Source of the DNA: an uncultured delta proteobacterium
GTDB lineage: Bacteria; Myxococcota_A; Polyangia; Polyangiales; Polyangiaceae
Reading direction: 5' to 3'
DNA length: 64,000 nt
Assembly: GCA_963850305.1 (NCBI GenBank)
Contig: CAWKKR010000001.1
Span: 544,001-608,000, forward strand
The notes below the pieces were generated by a model. The model ran no database searches and was not told where the DNA came from. It worked only from the letters and a program-made list of their open reading frames with translations. This document shows, piece after piece, positions 8,779 through 19,400 of this stretch (its first letter is position 1; each line of letters starts with the position of its first letter). The position numbers and the translations under genes were made by a program.

Positions 8779-10004
8779 GACGACACCTCCGCGCCACGCG
8801 CCTCTTCGGCGGGAGCGAAGTCCGCCTCCGAAGCGACGAGCGCGCTCGCTTCCGCGGGTCTACCCCCCAGATCGAATCGGCGCGGACCGGAAGGCTCCCT
8901 GGAGATGTTGAGCAGAATGCCCATTGCGGCGGCGCTCACCATGAGCGAGGAGCCTCCATAACTGATGAACGGCAGTGTCAGCCCCTTCGTCGGCAACATC
9001 GCCATCGCGACGGCGAGGTTGATGAGCGCCTGCAGACCGAACAGAACCGCTATGCCAAAGGCGATGTACGCGCCGTACTCGTCCTCCGCGCGCAACGCCG
9101 CGCGCACACCGCGCGCCACGATAACGAGGAACGTGATGCACAGCGCGAGGATGCCGATGAACCCGAGCTCTTCGCCGATGATCGCCGACACGAAGTCCGT
9201 GTGCGCTTCCGGCAGATAGAGGACCTGAAGCCCTTTGCCCAGACCGAGCCCGGTGCCCTGCCCCGAGCCGAAGCTCATCACCGACTGAAACGGCTGATAC
9301 GCGAGATCCTGGCGATGCTCGGCCATGTTGAACCACGCGAGCACGCGTTCCCACCGGTACTCCTTGGAACGAATGAGCCACGCGCCGGCTGCAGCCCCGA
9401 GAATCAGCGCGCCGAGGAGGTACCCGAGCCGGGCCCCCGCCACGAAGAGGAGCGTGAACGTGAGGAGCAAGAGCACGAGTGCGCCGCCGAAGTCCGGCTG
9501 CTTCAAGCAGAGGAGCATCAGGACGCCTGCCATCAAGAAATGAGGCAGCATGCCGATGCTGAAGCTCTTCACCTTGTCCTGCTTCTTCGCGAGCGAGTAC
9601 GCCAGCCACAGGATCAGCGCGAGCTTCGCGAGCTCCGAGGGCTGAATGTTGATCGGGCCGAGACGCAACCATCGGGCCGCGCCACCGCCGGTATGCCCGA
9701 AACCGAGCACGCTCATGGCGAGCAGCGTCGTCACGACGCCGAGCAGCGGATAGGTGAACGGACGGATCCGGTGGTAGTCGGTGCGCGACAGCGCCGTCAT
9801 CGTGAGGAGCGCGACGAGCGCGTACGACCCCTGGCGCTTCAGGAAATAGTACGGATCGTGGAACGTCACGGTCGCCTCTATGGTGCTCGCGCTGAACACC
9901 ATGACGATGCCGAAACCGAGGAGCCCGATCACGACGGCCGCCAGCACGACGTCTACGGGCCCCGTCCGCGATGCCGACGTTTGTGCAGATCCACCGTCGC
10001 TCAT
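8775..10004 (-). CDS. ftsW: SEDS peptidoglycan polymerase FtsW
   Basis: GAARWLRLG..IQPSELAK, QPDFG, LPEAHTDF..AIIGEELG, PTKGLTLPFISYGGSS. Confidence 0.98.
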   Translation of the reverse strand: MSDGGSAQTSASRTGPVDVVLAAVVIGLLGFGIVMVFSASTIEATVTFHDPYYFLKRQGSYALVALLTMTALSRTDYHRIRPFTYPLLGVVTTLLAMSVLGFGHTGGGAARWLRLGPINIQPSELAKLALILWLAYSLAKKQDKVKSFSIGMLPHFLMAGVLMLLCLKQPDFGGALVLLLLTFTLLFVAGARLGYLLGALILGAAAGAWLIRSKEYRWERVLAWFNMAEHRQDLAYQPFQSVMSFGSGQGTGLGLGKGLQVLYLPEAHTDFVSAIIGEELGFIGILALCITFLVIVARGVRAALRAEDEYGAYIAFGIAVLFGLQALINLAVAMAMLPTKGLTLPFISYGGSSLMVSAAAMGILLNISREPSGPRRFDLGGRPAEASALVASEADFAPAEEARGAEVSS

Positions 10005-11335
10005 GCAGACCTCCTAGGGTGGAGACGCCTCACGGCGGCGGCGAATCGTTCACCGCGCTCGGCGTAACCACCGAACATGTCGAAGCTCGAGCACGCGGGC
10101 GCAAGCAGGACGGCATCGCCCGGCTCCGCGAGCTCGGTGGCGCGCCCCACGGCGTCTTCCATCGACGTCGCGCGGACGACCGGTACCCGGTGACCCACCG
10201 CAGCCGCGATGCGCTCGGCAGCCTCGCCGATGACCACGACGCCACGCCCCTTTTCCTCGAGCGCGGCGACGAGCGAATCGTACGAACCCAGCTTGTCGCG
10301 ACCGCCGGCCACCAGCACGGCCTTTCGCTCCAGGAGTCCGCGCAAGGCCGTCACCGCGGCACCGACATTGGTCGCCTTCGAGTCGTCGTAATAACGGACC
10401 CCGGCGAGATCGGCGACCAGGGCCATGCGGTGCGCGAGGGGACGAAACCGCTCGAGCCCTGCGCGCACGCCGTCCGCGTCGATGCCCAGCGCGCGCGTCG
10501 CTGCCACGGCGGCGGCGGCGTTCGAGTGGTTGTGCGCTCCGTGAAACGCGGTCCTGGCGGGATCGAAGCGTTCGCCGGTCGCGCGCTCGACCACTGCACC
10601 GTCGCGAACGACATAGTCCGCAGTGGCGCCGAACGTCGCGATGCGCCCCCGCCCGCGACTCGCTTCGCGGCGGCAGACCGCATCACCGGCGGGCACGATC
10701 GCGGTGTCGCTCGCCGTCTGGTTCACGAACGCGTTGCCCTTCGCGCGCGCGTACTCGTCGAAGGAATCGTATCGATCCAGGTGGTCTTCGGTGATGTTCA
10801 GCAGGACGCTCGCGACGGGGTGGAATGTCGGCGCGCGCTCGAGCTGAAAGCTCGATACCTCGACGACGAGGACGTCGAACGCGCTGCCGACGGCCTCCGA
10901 GAGCGGGATGCCGAGATTTCCACCGGCGAACGTCCTCTTGCCTGCCGCATCGAAGACCGCAGCCACGGCCGTGGTGACGGTGCTCTTCCCGTTCGTGCCT
11001 CCGACCGCGACGATCTGTCCCTCGACGAAGCGCGCGGCGAGGTCGAGCTCCCCGATGACCTCGGCTCCGTGCGCGGCCGCGCGATCGAGCCCCGCGAACG
11101 CGGCCACGCCGGGCGAAACGACGACGACGTCCGCGAGCTCGAAGCGCACTCCATCGTGTCCGCCGGCGCACAGCTCCATGGGCAGCGCGCGGGCTTCCAG
11201 GGACAGCTCCGCGGCGGGCCGCGCGTCCGTTGCTGTTACGCTTGCCCCGCGAGCCAGGCAGAGCCGCGACGCGGCGATGCCACTCCGGCCGAGCCCGACC
11301 ACAACGACGTTTTTTCCGGCGAGCTCCATCATCAC
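10001..11335 (-). CDS. murD: UDP-MurNAc-L-Ala--D-glutamate ligase
   Basis: GLGRSG, GTNGKSTVT, EVSSFQLE, DHLDRY, DDSKATN, APACSSFDMF. Confidence 0.99.
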   Translation of the reverse strand: MMMELAGKNVVVVGLGRSGIAASRLCLARGASVTATDARPAAELSLEARALPMELCAGGHDGVRFELADVVVVSPGVAAFAGLDRAAAHGAEVIGELDLAARFVEGQIVAVGGTNGKSTVTTAVAAVFDAAGKRTFAGGNLGIPLSEAVGSAFDVLVVEVSSFQLERAPTFHPVASVLLNITEDHLDRYDSFDEYARAKGNAFVNQTASDTAIVPAGDAVCRREASRGRGRIATFGATADYVVRDGAVVERATGERFDPARTAFHGAHNHSNAAAAVAATRALGIDADGVRAGLERFRPLAHRMALVADLAGVRYYDDSKATNVGAAVTALRGLLERKAVLVAGGRDKLGSYDSLVAALEEKGRGVVVIGEAAERIAAAVGHRVPVVRATSMEDAVGRATELAEPGDAVLLAPACSSFDMFGGYAERGERFAAAVRRLHPRRSA

Positions 11336-12462
11336 CTGAGCTTCAGCGAGGCGAGCGCGACGAGCGCGAGCAGTATGGAAATGATCCAGAACCGCACGAT
11401 GATCCGGGGTTCCGGCCAGCCCTTCTTCTCGAAGTGATGATGGATCGGCGCCATCAGGAAGACGCGGCGCCCGAACATCTTGAACGAGATGACCTGCGTG
11501 ATGACGCTCACCGCCTCGACGAAGAAGATCCCGCCGATGAGGACGCTCAGGAGCTCGTTCTTGGTGAGCACGGCGAGCATGCCGAGCCCACCGCCGAGCG
11601 CCAGCGATCCGACGTCCCCCATGAAGACCTGCGCCGGGTAGGTATTGTACCAGAGAAAGCCGATTCCAGCGCCGATCACGGATGCCGCGAAGATCGCGAG
11701 CTCGCCCATCCCCGGGATGCCGGGGATGTCCAGATACTGAGCCAGCGGACGCCCGAACAAGATGAGGCCAGCGATGTACGACCAGAGCAGATACGTGCCG
11801 GCGTTGATCATCACGGGGCCGATGGCGAGACCATCGAGACCGTCGGTGAGATTGACCGCATTGCTCGTGGCGACCACGACGAACACCGCGAAGATCACGT
11901 AAAGCCAGAGCGGCAGCTCGATGGGGTGCTTCGCGAAAGCGACGAACGGCACGGACAGACGCGTTCGAATCGGGAGCCAGCCCACAGGCATCGCGGGTTC
12001 GTAGAGAAAGCAGTACCCCACGGCGCCAGCGCCCACGAGGGTCTGCCCGATGAGCTTGTAGCGGCCGGAGAGACCTCCGCTGCTCTTCTTGACGAGCTTC
12101 ATCCGGTCGTCGAAGTAACCGATCGCGCCGTAACCGGCGGTCAGCCCCGCCGTCGCAAGAACGAACGAGTTATGGACGTCGGCCCAAAGCACCGTCGGCA
12201 CCAGCACGCACAGGAGAATGAGTGCGCCCCCCATCGTCGGAGTGCCCGCCTTCTTGTAATGAGATTCGGGCCCATCTTTTCTTACGACCTGGCCAATCTG
12301 CTTTTTCTGCAGCTCGCGGATGAACCACGGCGCGAGCCAGAACGAAAGAAACATCGCCGTGATCGTCGCCATGATCACGCGAAACGGGACGTATCGGAGC
12401 ACGTTCAGCACGCCGGCCCAGCCAAACTTGCCGGACAGGGGAAACAGCAGTTCGTAGATCAC
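11332..12462 (-). CDS. mraY: Phospho-MurNAc-pentapeptide translocase
   Basis: KAGTPTMGG, NAVNLTDGLDGL, FMGDVGSLALGG, MAPIHHHFE. Confidence 0.99.
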   Translation of the reverse strand: MIYELLFPLSGKFGWAGVLNVLRYVPFRVIMATITAMFLSFWLAPWFIRELQKKQIGQVVRKDGPESHYKKAGTPTMGGALILLCVLVPTVLWADVHNSFVLATAGLTAGYGAIGYFDDRMKLVKKSSGGLSGRYKLIGQTLVGAGAVGYCFLYEPAMPVGWLPIRTRLSVPFVAFAKHPIELPLWLYVIFAVFVVVATSNAVNLTDGLDGLAIGPVMINAGTYLLWSYIAGLILFGRPLAQYLDIPGIPGMGELAIFAASVIGAGIGFLWYNTYPAQVFMGDVGSLALGGGLGMLAVLTKNELLSVLIGGIFFVEAVSVITQVISFKMFGRRVFLMAPIHHHFEKKGWPEPRIIVRFWIISILLALVALASLKLR

Positions 12463-13905
12463 GCCGCCCTGCCCTTCGCGCGAACGAGCGCATCGACGAC
12501 TTGCTCGGCGCGGACGCCCCGAGACGCCTTGACGAGCACGATGTCGCCAGGGCGGACGCGGGCGATGACCTCGGACGTCGCGCCCACCGCGTCGACGGCG
12601 AACGCCGCGTCCACTCCCTGCGCAATCGCGGGTGCCACGAAGCGCTCGGCATCGCCACCCACGGCGACGAGGGCCGCGGCTCCGCTCTCGGCGATGTCAC
12701 GAGCGAGCCGTTCATGCTCCAGCCGCGACTCGCTGCCGAGCTCACGCATCTCTCCGAGCACCAGGACGAGCCGCGCCGAGCGGTCGTCGGCGATTCTCGC
12801 GGGCCACCGTCATCGCAGCCCGGACGCTCGCGGGATTGGCGTTATACGTGTCGTCGAGCACGACCGTGCGATCGAGGAGCTCGATGGGACGAAGCCGTCC
12901 GGGCTCGCCGAGCGGACCTTTACGGAACGCGGCAACGAGCCGCTCCTCGGGCACGACGCGAGCTGCAACGCGATCCGCAACGGCAACGGCCGCGGCGATG
13001 GCGAGCGCTCCGGGCAAACCAAGGAGAGGACACTCGACGACTATCGTTTCGCGGTTCTTGCCCCGCGGCCGATCGATCGCCACACGGCTTCCCGAGAGCC
13101 CCACCGCTTCCCGGCGAGCGATGCGATAGTCGGCGGCGCCACGCGTCCCGTAGGTCACCTTGCGCTTCGAGCTGGCGCCCAGGACCTGACGCACCACCCG
13201 CTCGTCGTCACCGTTGGCAATCGCGGTGCCATTCTTGGGAAGCGACCGGAAGAGATCGCCCTCTTCGAGCTCGATCTCGTCGATACCGCCAAGCCCCTCG
13301 GCGTGCTCGACATCGACCAGCGTGAGGACGCCGATGTTCGGCATGGCGATCGCCGCAAGATCCCGCACCTCGCCGCGCCGGTTCGTTCCAATCTCGATCA
13401 CCGCGACGCCATGTCGCTCGGCGAGACCCAGCAGCACCATGGGCACGCCGACACGGTTGTTGAGATTACCCGCGGAGACGTGGACGGCACCGGGCGCAAC
13501 CGCCTCGAGCGCGGCGGCGATTGCGCTCCGCGTCGTGGTCTTCCCTGCGGAACCCGCGACCGCGACTAGCGTCCCGCCCCACCGCTTCCGATGAGCACGC
13601 GCGAGGGCCCCGAGGGCGGCAAGTGTATCGTCTACTTCGATGGTCGGAACTGTCGCGTTCGACGTAGAGCCGCGACGAACCAGGGCGGCGGCCGCCCCGG
13701 CGCGCGACGCCGCTTCGACGAATCGGTGCCCGTCGAAGGTCTCACCTTCGAGTGCGACGAAGAGCTTCCCCGCGACGCCTCCGCGCGAGTCCGTCGTGAC
13801 ACCACGAACGGTCCCATCGGGCGGTCCGCGCGTCGTCCCCGCGGTGGCAGTCGCGATCTCCGCAAGGGTAAACGCAGCGACGTTCTCCGGGATCGGGGTC
13901 GCCAT
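12459..13905 (-). CDS. murF: UDP-MurNAc-tripeptide--D-Ala-D-Ala ligase; split by a +1 frameshift near 12794 (probable assembly error)
   Basis: GSAGKTTT, GNLNNRVGVP and DDTYNANPAS lie in ORF 12742-13905; LGEMRELG and LVKASRG lie in ORF 12459-12761. Removing one base at 12794-12795 gives ...AREIADDRSARLVLVLGEM. Confidence 0.95.
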
Positions 13906-15413
13906 CAGAGAGCTCCCCGGCGACGACCGAGCGCGCGTCTCGCCTCGACGCGGTCGTCGAACGCACTCTTTTCGGTGGCCGTGATCTGATACGACTCGTG
14001 ACCCTTCCCTGCGAGGAGAACGATATCGCCGGGGGCCGCTTCGCAGATGGCGCGCTCGATGGCCGCCGCGCGGTCGAGGACGATCTCGTAGGGGATGCCG
14101 GCCGGTCGAAGTCCCGCTTCGATCGCGGTCGCTATGGCGCGCGGGTCTTCCGATCGCGGATTGTCGTTCGTGATGGTCGCGCGGTCGGCTGCCTCGCCGA
14201 CGCAGGCCCCCATCTTCGGGCGTTTGGACGCGTCTCTGTCACCGCCGCAGCCGAACACACAATGGACCTTGCCACGACCGATCCCGCGCACCGCCTGGAG
14301 GACTCGACGAAGCGCATCGGGCGTGTGCGCGTAGTCGACGAGGACGGTCACGTCGTCGTCGACAGTGTCGCAGCGCTCGAGCCGTCCCGGCACGGCGGGC
14401 GCCGAGCGGAGCGCGCGCGCCGCGGCTCCCGTGTCGAGTCCTAGGGCTTCGACGATCGCTAGCGCGACGAGTAGATTGTCGAGATTGTGCGCGCCGACGA
14501 GCGGGCTTTCGAGCGCCACGTTTCCCGATGGGAGGCGAACCATGGCACGAACTCCATGTTCGTCCATGCGGGATTCGAGTGGACGAACGTCAGCGGCAAC
14601 GCTCCGCGCCACCGAGAGGACCCTTCCATGCGCGCGGCGGACGAGCTCGCCGCCGAACGGATCATCGATGTTGATCACGGATGCCGCTGGCTCGAGGTCG
14701 GTGAAGAGCCGTGCTTTGGCAGCGGCGTAAGCCGCCATCGAGCCGTGATAGTCGAGGTGATCCTGGGTCAGGTTCGTGAATGCGGCGACCGCGAACGCGA
14801 TCCCGTCCCCACGAGCCTGCGTGAGAGCGACACTCGACACCTCCATGACGAAGTGCGTGGCGCCTCGAGCCAGCGCACGGGAGGCGAGCCGGGAAATGTC
14901 GTCCGCTTCGGGTGTCGTGAGCGACGCATCGTCGACGTCGGCGCCGAACATGTACCCGAGAGTTCCGAGCCGCGCAGCGCGTCCACCCGCACCGTCGATG
15001 GCGTGCGTGGCAAGCCATGCGGTCGTCGTCTTGCCGTTCGTGCCGGTGATGCCCACAACACGAAGGGCTCGTGTCGGATGATCGCGAACTGATTCCGCAG
15101 CGAGTGCGACCGCGAGGCGGACGTCGTCGACGCGCACCACCGGCACCGATACGGGCGGCAGCGAGACGCCTCGCTCGACGAGCACGGCGGCCGCCCCTCT
15201 CGCGGTCGCGTCACTCACGAATCGCGCAGCGTCGAAGTTCCGGCCCGCGCGCGCGATGAACAGGTCCCCCGGCGACACGTGACGTGAGTCGGTCCGCACG
15301 TCCGAAACGACCACCCCAGCGTCCCCGACGACGGAGGGTCGCACCAGCACCAGCTCTCGAAGGAGCTCTTCGAGCGCAATGCCGGTCGTTCTATTGGACA
15401 TGATGGCGTTCAT
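13905..15413 (-). CDS. murE: UDP-MurNAc-dipeptide--meso-DAP ligase
   Basis: TGTNGKTTT, MEVSS, TNLTQDHLDYH, DYAHTPDAL, FGCGGDRD, DNPR (mDAP specificity), AGKGHE; ATGA overlap with ftsI. Confidence 0.98.
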   Translation of the reverse strand: MNAIMSNRTTGIALEELLRELVLVRPSVVGDAGVVVSDVRTDSRHVSPGDLFIARAGRNFDAARFVSDATARGAAAVLVERGVSLPPVSVPVVRVDDVRLAVALAAESVRDHPTRALRVVGITGTNGKTTTAWLATHAIDGAGGRAARLGTLGYMFGADVDDASLTTPEADDISRLASRALARGATHFVMEVSSVALTQARGDGIAFAVAAFTNLTQDHLDYHGSMAAYAAAKARLFTDLEPAASVINIDDPFGGELVRRAHGRVLSVARSVAADVRPLESRMDEHGVRAMVRLPSGNVALESPLVGAHNLDNLLVALAIVEALGLDTGAAARALRSAPAVPGRLERCDTVDDDVTVLVDYAHTPDALRRVLQAVRGIGRGKVHCVFGCGGDRDASKRPKMGACVGEAADRATITNDNPRSEDPRAIATAIEAGLRPAGIPYEIVLDRAAAIERAICEAAPGDIVLLAGKGHESYQITATEKSAFDDRVEARRALGRRRGAL

Positions 15414-17485
15414 GTAGCAGGCTCGAACACGAGGACGACTTCGCTGCCTTGATCGACGATCTGCCCTGGCGGCGGCGTTTGCCGAGACAGGAGTCCCGTC
15501 CCTTCGATGCGAGGCTTGACGCCGATCTCGGCGCTCTTCTCGATCGCGAGCCGGAGAGGGAACCCGGTCATGTCGGGCACGCGCACCTTGCCCGGCGCGA
15601 CGCGCGCGGTCGGCTCCACGTCCTGGACGGCCGGTGCGAGTCCTTGCGATTTTTGCCACGCGGCGTAGAGGGCGTTCGCGGGGTCTGGCGCCCGCGCGAG
15701 CTCCGCCGGATCGGCGTGCTGGGTCCCCTGCGGGGTTAGACCCCGGTACTTGAGGACCATCGAAGCGACCGCGCGGAACACCGGCGCGGCGACGGCACCC
15801 CCCGCGTGCTCGATCATCGGCTCGTCCAGGACCACCGCGATGGCCACGACCGGGTCTCGTGCGGGTACGAAGCCCACGAACGAGGCCATGAACTTGTCGA
15901 CAGAGTAGAGCCCCGTCTTGGGATCGGACTTCTGCGCCGTCCCGGTCTTTCCGGCGACCTGATAGCCGTCGATGGCGGCTTGGCCGCCGGTGCCGTCGCC
16001 TTCGGTGACTCCGATGAGCATCTCCGCGACCGCCCTCGCCGCTGCCCTCGGAACCGCCCGGCGCCGGACCTTGGGCACGGCCTCTCGAATCACTTCTCCC
16101 GTTGCCGTGGAGACCCGCTTGACGAGGATGGGCTCCATCAGCTCGCCCCCGTTCGCGATCGCTGCCGCACCCATCGCGAGTTGAAGGGCGGTGACGCTGA
16201 TGCCCTGCCCGAACGCAGCCGACGCGGTTTCGACCTGGACCCAGGGACGTCCGCGCGGGCGAAGGACGCCGGACGATTCGCCCGGGAGCGGCAGCTCGGT
16301 CGTTTCACCGAATCCGAACTTGCGAAACGCTTCGTAGAGCTTCTCGCCCCCCAGGCCGAGTGCGATCTTGGCCGCGCATATGTTCGACGAGATGGCGAGA
16401 ATCTGCGACACCGTGAGCCACTCGGACGGGTGGGTGTCCCGGATAACGACGTTGTCGAGCGGCATCGCGCCCTTCTCGCAGTAGAGTTGCTGGGTGGGGG
16501 TGATGGTCCCGGCGGCGAGCCCCGCGGCCACGGTGAACATCTTCATCGTGGACCCGGGTTCGAATCGCTCGCTCAGAGCCCGCTCCCGACGCGCCTCGGG
16601 GTCGCTCTCGGCGTAGTCGTTCGGGTTGTAACCGGGGAAACTCGCGAGAGCGAGAATCTCACCCGTATGCGGGTCGACCACCACCACCGAACCGGCAATC
16701 GCCTCGAAAGTCCGCGCGGCATTCCGCAGCTCGCGCTCGGCGGTGTACTGAATACCCTGATCGATCGTCAGTCGAATGTCGTGACCGGCAAGCGCCTGCT
16801 CGTCTTCGATGCCGTCGGAGAGCAAGAGACGACCCGAACGATCGCGGAGACCGCGGAGCTGTTCGATGTGACCTTCGAGCTCCGGATTCAACGACAGCTC
16901 GAGACCGTCCTTGCCGTCGCCGTCCGGCGAGACGAACCCGAGGAGACTCCCGGCGAGCTCGCGACGCGGATAATAGCGACGCCCTTCCCCTTCGATCACG
17001 AGACCTGGAATCGCCGCGTCGCCGAGCGACGGATCGGTCAGCTTCCGGACGCGTTCGACCTCGTCCGTGGTGAGATAATGCTTGAGCCAGCTGAAACGGC
17101 GCTTCTTCAGGATTTTTCGTTCGACCTCCGCGGGGTCGATGCCGAGCGCCTCACCGATCCGGTTCGCCGCGTCGCGCGCGACGAAAGGGACGCGTTGCGG
17201 GGGCACCGCGCGAAGAAGCTCCGCGGCGTCGAAGCTCACTCCAGGGACGTCGACACTCACCGCGAGGGCGCTGCCGTTCCGGTCGTAGATGGTGCCGCGT
17301 TTCGGCGTCACGTGCAGCCGCCGCTGGCGTTGCTGCTCGGCCATTTCTCGCCACTGCGAGCCGTCGATCACCATGAGCTGGTAGCCTGCGGACACGACGA
17401 GCCCCATCCCGAGTGCCAGGAGTCCGCAGAGGACTCCCATACGAAGCCGGATGAACCGCCCGCTCGGCGTCTCGAGGCGGTTCAC
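15410..17485 (-). CDS. ftsI: Penicillin-binding protein FtsI with C-terminal PASTA-like domain
   Basis: RGTIYDRNG, EPGSTMK (SxxK), SSN (SxN), KTGTAQ; VPDMTG...QTPPPG tail. Confidence 0.97.
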   Translation of the reverse strand: MNRLETPSGRFIRLRMGVLCGLLALGMGLVVSAGYQLMVIDGSQWREMAEQQRQRRLHVTPKRGTIYDRNGSALAVSVDVPGVSFDAAELLRAVPPQRVPFVARDAANRIGEALGIDPAEVERKILKKRRFSWLKHYLTTDEVERVRKLTDPSLGDAAIPGLVIEGEGRRYYPRRELAGSLLGFVSPDGDGKDGLELSLNPELEGHIEQLRGLRDRSGRLLLSDGIEDEQALAGHDIRLTIDQGIQYTAERELRNAARTFEAIAGSVVVVDPHTGEILALASFPGYNPNDYAESDPEARRERALSERFEPGSTMKMFTVAAGLAAGTITPTQQLYCEKGAMPLDNVVIRDTHPSEWLTVSQILAISSNICAAKIALGLGGEKLYEAFRKFGFGETTELPLPGESSGVLRPRGRPWVQVETASAAFGQGISVTALQLAMGAAAIANGGELMEPILVKRVSTATGEVIREAVPKVRRRAVPRAAARAVAEMLIGVTEGDGTGGQAAIDGYQVAGKTGTAQKSDPKTGLYSVDKFMASFVGFVPARDPVVAIAVVLDEPMIEHAGGAVAAPVFRAVASMVLKYRGLTPQGTQHADPAELARAPDPANALYAAWQKSQGLAPAVQDVEPTARVAPGKVRVPDMTGFPLRLAIEKSAEIGVKPRIEGTGLLSRQTPPPGQIVDQGSEVVLVFEPAT

Positions 17486-17835
17486 GGCGCGACCTCCCTG
17501 GTTGCCGCAACCTGAACGGCGGCGGGCTGCTCTCCGGTACGCTCACCCACGACCGGCATCGGCCCGGCGGAGAGCATGCGATCGGCCGACGGCGCGCTCA
17601 TGCCCAAAGCGGTACGAGCGACCAGGTCGATCCGCTCGGGGGTTTCGTAGCTAGCGATCTCGAGCTCCAGGATCCGCTTCACCTCGCGGAGCCTTCCGAG
17701 ATGCGCTTGCGCGCGTCCGAGCTCGTACCCGATCTCGATGGCGCGCATCCTGAGTGCCAGGTACACCGTGAACGCACTGGCCGTGGCGGCGACGGCAAGC
17801 GCCCACACCACGAGAAAGGGTTGTCTTCTTTTCAT
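17482..17835 (-). CDS. ftsL: Cell division protein FtsL
   Basis: Small protein with TM segment and coiled coil (LELEIASYETPERIDLVARTALGM) between rsmH and ftsI, with 4-bp overlaps. Confidence 0.85.
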   Translation of the reverse strand: MKRRQPFLVVWALAVAATASAFTVYLALRMRAIEIGYELGRAQAHLGRLREVKRILELEIASYETPERIDLVARTALGMSAPSADRMLSAGPMPVVGERTGEQPAAVQVAATREVAP

Positions 17836-18815
17836 GGACGCTCCCCTCGAAACGGGCGTCCATCGCGATACCGGCGTGGCTCCGGATCTGGCGAACTCGT
17901 CGCAGGCTCCGCACGACGCGCGGCGCGGAGCTTCGCGCTGCGTGATCGCGGGTTCTCGGCGAGCTCGGCGTCACTGGCCGTCAGCGGCTTCTTCGTGAGC
18001 CGCTCCCAATGGGCGCCGTCCGAGAGCTCGCGTTTGACGGGCCGATCCTCCAGCGACTGAAAGGTGATGAACACGATTCGACCACCCGGCTTGACGATCC
18101 GCGGTAGCGCGCTGAGGAGAGCATCCAGCTGTTCCAGCTCCCCGTTGACGAGGATTCGTAGAGCCTGGAACGTACGCGTCGACGGATCGACACCGCCGAC
18201 GCGCCTCGGACCGGTCGCGCGAACGACTGCGCGTCGGAGATCGAGAGTCGTGCGGAGCTCACCCGCCTCGAGCGCCTGCTTGATACATCGGGCCACGCGA
18301 CGCGAACGATGCTCCTCGCCGAAGCGATAGATTGCGTTGGCGAGCTCGTCCTGATCGAGTCTGGCGATGAGATCGAGCGCTGTCTCGCCGCGCGTCGGAT
18401 CCATGCGCATGTCGAGCGGCCCCTCGCGACGAAAGCTCATACCGCGCTGAGCGTCGTCAAGCTGCGGGGAACTCACGCCGAGATCGGCGAGCACGCCGTC
18501 CAGGGCGGCGATGCCATTGGCGCCGAGCCACGTTTCGACCTCCGAGAAGCTCGCGTGGACCACGCGAGCGCGAGCTCCAAACCGAGCCAGCCGACGTTCC
18601 GCGACTTCGACCGCGACGGGATCACGATCGAACGCGATGACCCGAGCCTGGGCGGCTCGCTCGAGCAGCGCACTCGAATGGCCGCCGCCGCCAGCGGTGA
18701 CGTCGGCGTAGAGCCCCCCCGCGCCGGGGGCGAGCGCGGTCACGGCCTCCTCGAGCATGACGGACGAATGCTCGAAGACGACGGATTCGGTGAGCTTCGC
18801 GGCAGCCATCGTCAT
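17832..18815 (-). CDS. rsmH: 16S rRNA m4C1402 methyltransferase
   Basis: HSSVMLEE, DVTAGGGGHS, DLGVSSPQLD, PLDMRMD, TRTFQALRI, NPRSRSAKLR. Confidence 0.98.
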   Translation of the reverse strand: MTMAAAKLTESVVFEHSSVMLEEAVTALAPGAGGLYADVTAGGGGHSSALLERAAQARVIAFDRDPVAVEVAERRLARFGARARVVHASFSEVETWLGANGIAALDGVLADLGVSSPQLDDAQRGMSFRREGPLDMRMDPTRGETALDLIARLDQDELANAIYRFGEEHRSRRVARCIKQALEAGELRTTLDLRRAVVRATGPRRVGGVDPSTRTFQALRILVNGELEQLDALLSALPRIVKPGGRIVFITFQSLEDRPVKRELSDGAHWERLTKKPLTASDAELAENPRSRSAKLRAARRAEPATSSPDPEPRRYRDGRPFRGERP

Positions 18816-19264
18816 ATTCTGATGAGCTCCTCGACACTCTTCATGAACCGGTCGTGCTCGTCGGACGGAAGCGGCGCCGTCGCCCGATCCCAGAGTTCCT
18901 TCGACCAGATCTCGACGAAACGCCCCATTCCCGCGAGGAGCACTTCTTTGCCGAGCGATGCGCGTTCGCGGTAATCCGAACTCACCAGGACACGACCCGC
19001 TCCATCGAGTTCGCACTCGAGAGCTGCGGAGACAATCATGCGGCGAAATCGGACGATGTGCGGGTCGAAGCGGGGAAGCTCCGCGATCTTCCGCTCGAAC
19101 TCCGTCCAGGCACTCAGTGGATGGAGGTGCAGACACGGATCGGACGGTGCGGGCGTGATGACGACTCGCGCATCGCCGTCGGCGAGGACGGCGTCTCGAA
19201 AGCGCGCCGGCAGGCTGACTCGACCTTTCGCATCGATCGTGTGCACGAACTGCCCGCGGAACAT
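18812..19264 (-). CDS. mraZ: Division/cell wall cluster transcriptional repressor MraZ
   Basis: MFRGQFVHTIDAKGRVSLPARFR, ELDGAGRVL, EIWSKELW. Confidence 0.98.
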   Translation of the reverse strand: MFRGQFVHTIDAKGRVSLPARFRDAVLADGDARVVITPAPSDPCLHLHPLSAWTEFERKIAELPRFDPHIVRFRRMIVSAALECELDGAGRVLVSSDYRERASLGKEVLLAGMGRFVEIWSKELWDRATAPLPSDEHDRFMKSVEELIRI

Positions 19265-19294
19265 GTCTCGGCGCTCCAGTTCGAGGGAAGAGAG

Positions 19295-19320
19295 GGCACT
19301 TAGCCCCACTTCGTCCCACT
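19295..19320 (-). promoter_or_regulatory. MraZ binding box
   Basis: Minus strand AGTGGG-N4-AGTGGG-N4-AGTGCC: three boxes at 10-bp period just upstream of mraZ, like known GTGG-repeat MraZ operators. Confidence 0.85.
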
Positions 19321-19329
19321 AACGGCCCG

Positions 19330-19359
19330 ACCGTACGGGTTCCGCATGGATCCTGTCAA
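19330..19359 (-). promoter_or_regulatory. Sigma70-type dcw promoter
   Basis: TTGACA (19359-19354), 18 bp spacer, TACGGT (19335-19330), directly upstream of the MraZ box. Confidence 0.7.
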
Positions 19360-19400
19360 CTACGGAGGGGCCAAATTACCGGTCGATCCTGTCTGCAGGA

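Noticed and set aside
12459..13905. murF as a true pseudogene or programmed frameshift
   Set aside because: Essential gene, no other decay, no slippery heptamer; same +1 pattern as three other loci.
2347..17515. Many long overlapping ORFs across the dcw cluster
   Set aside because: Stop-poor antisense and off-frame shadows typical of high-GC DNA; no motifs.
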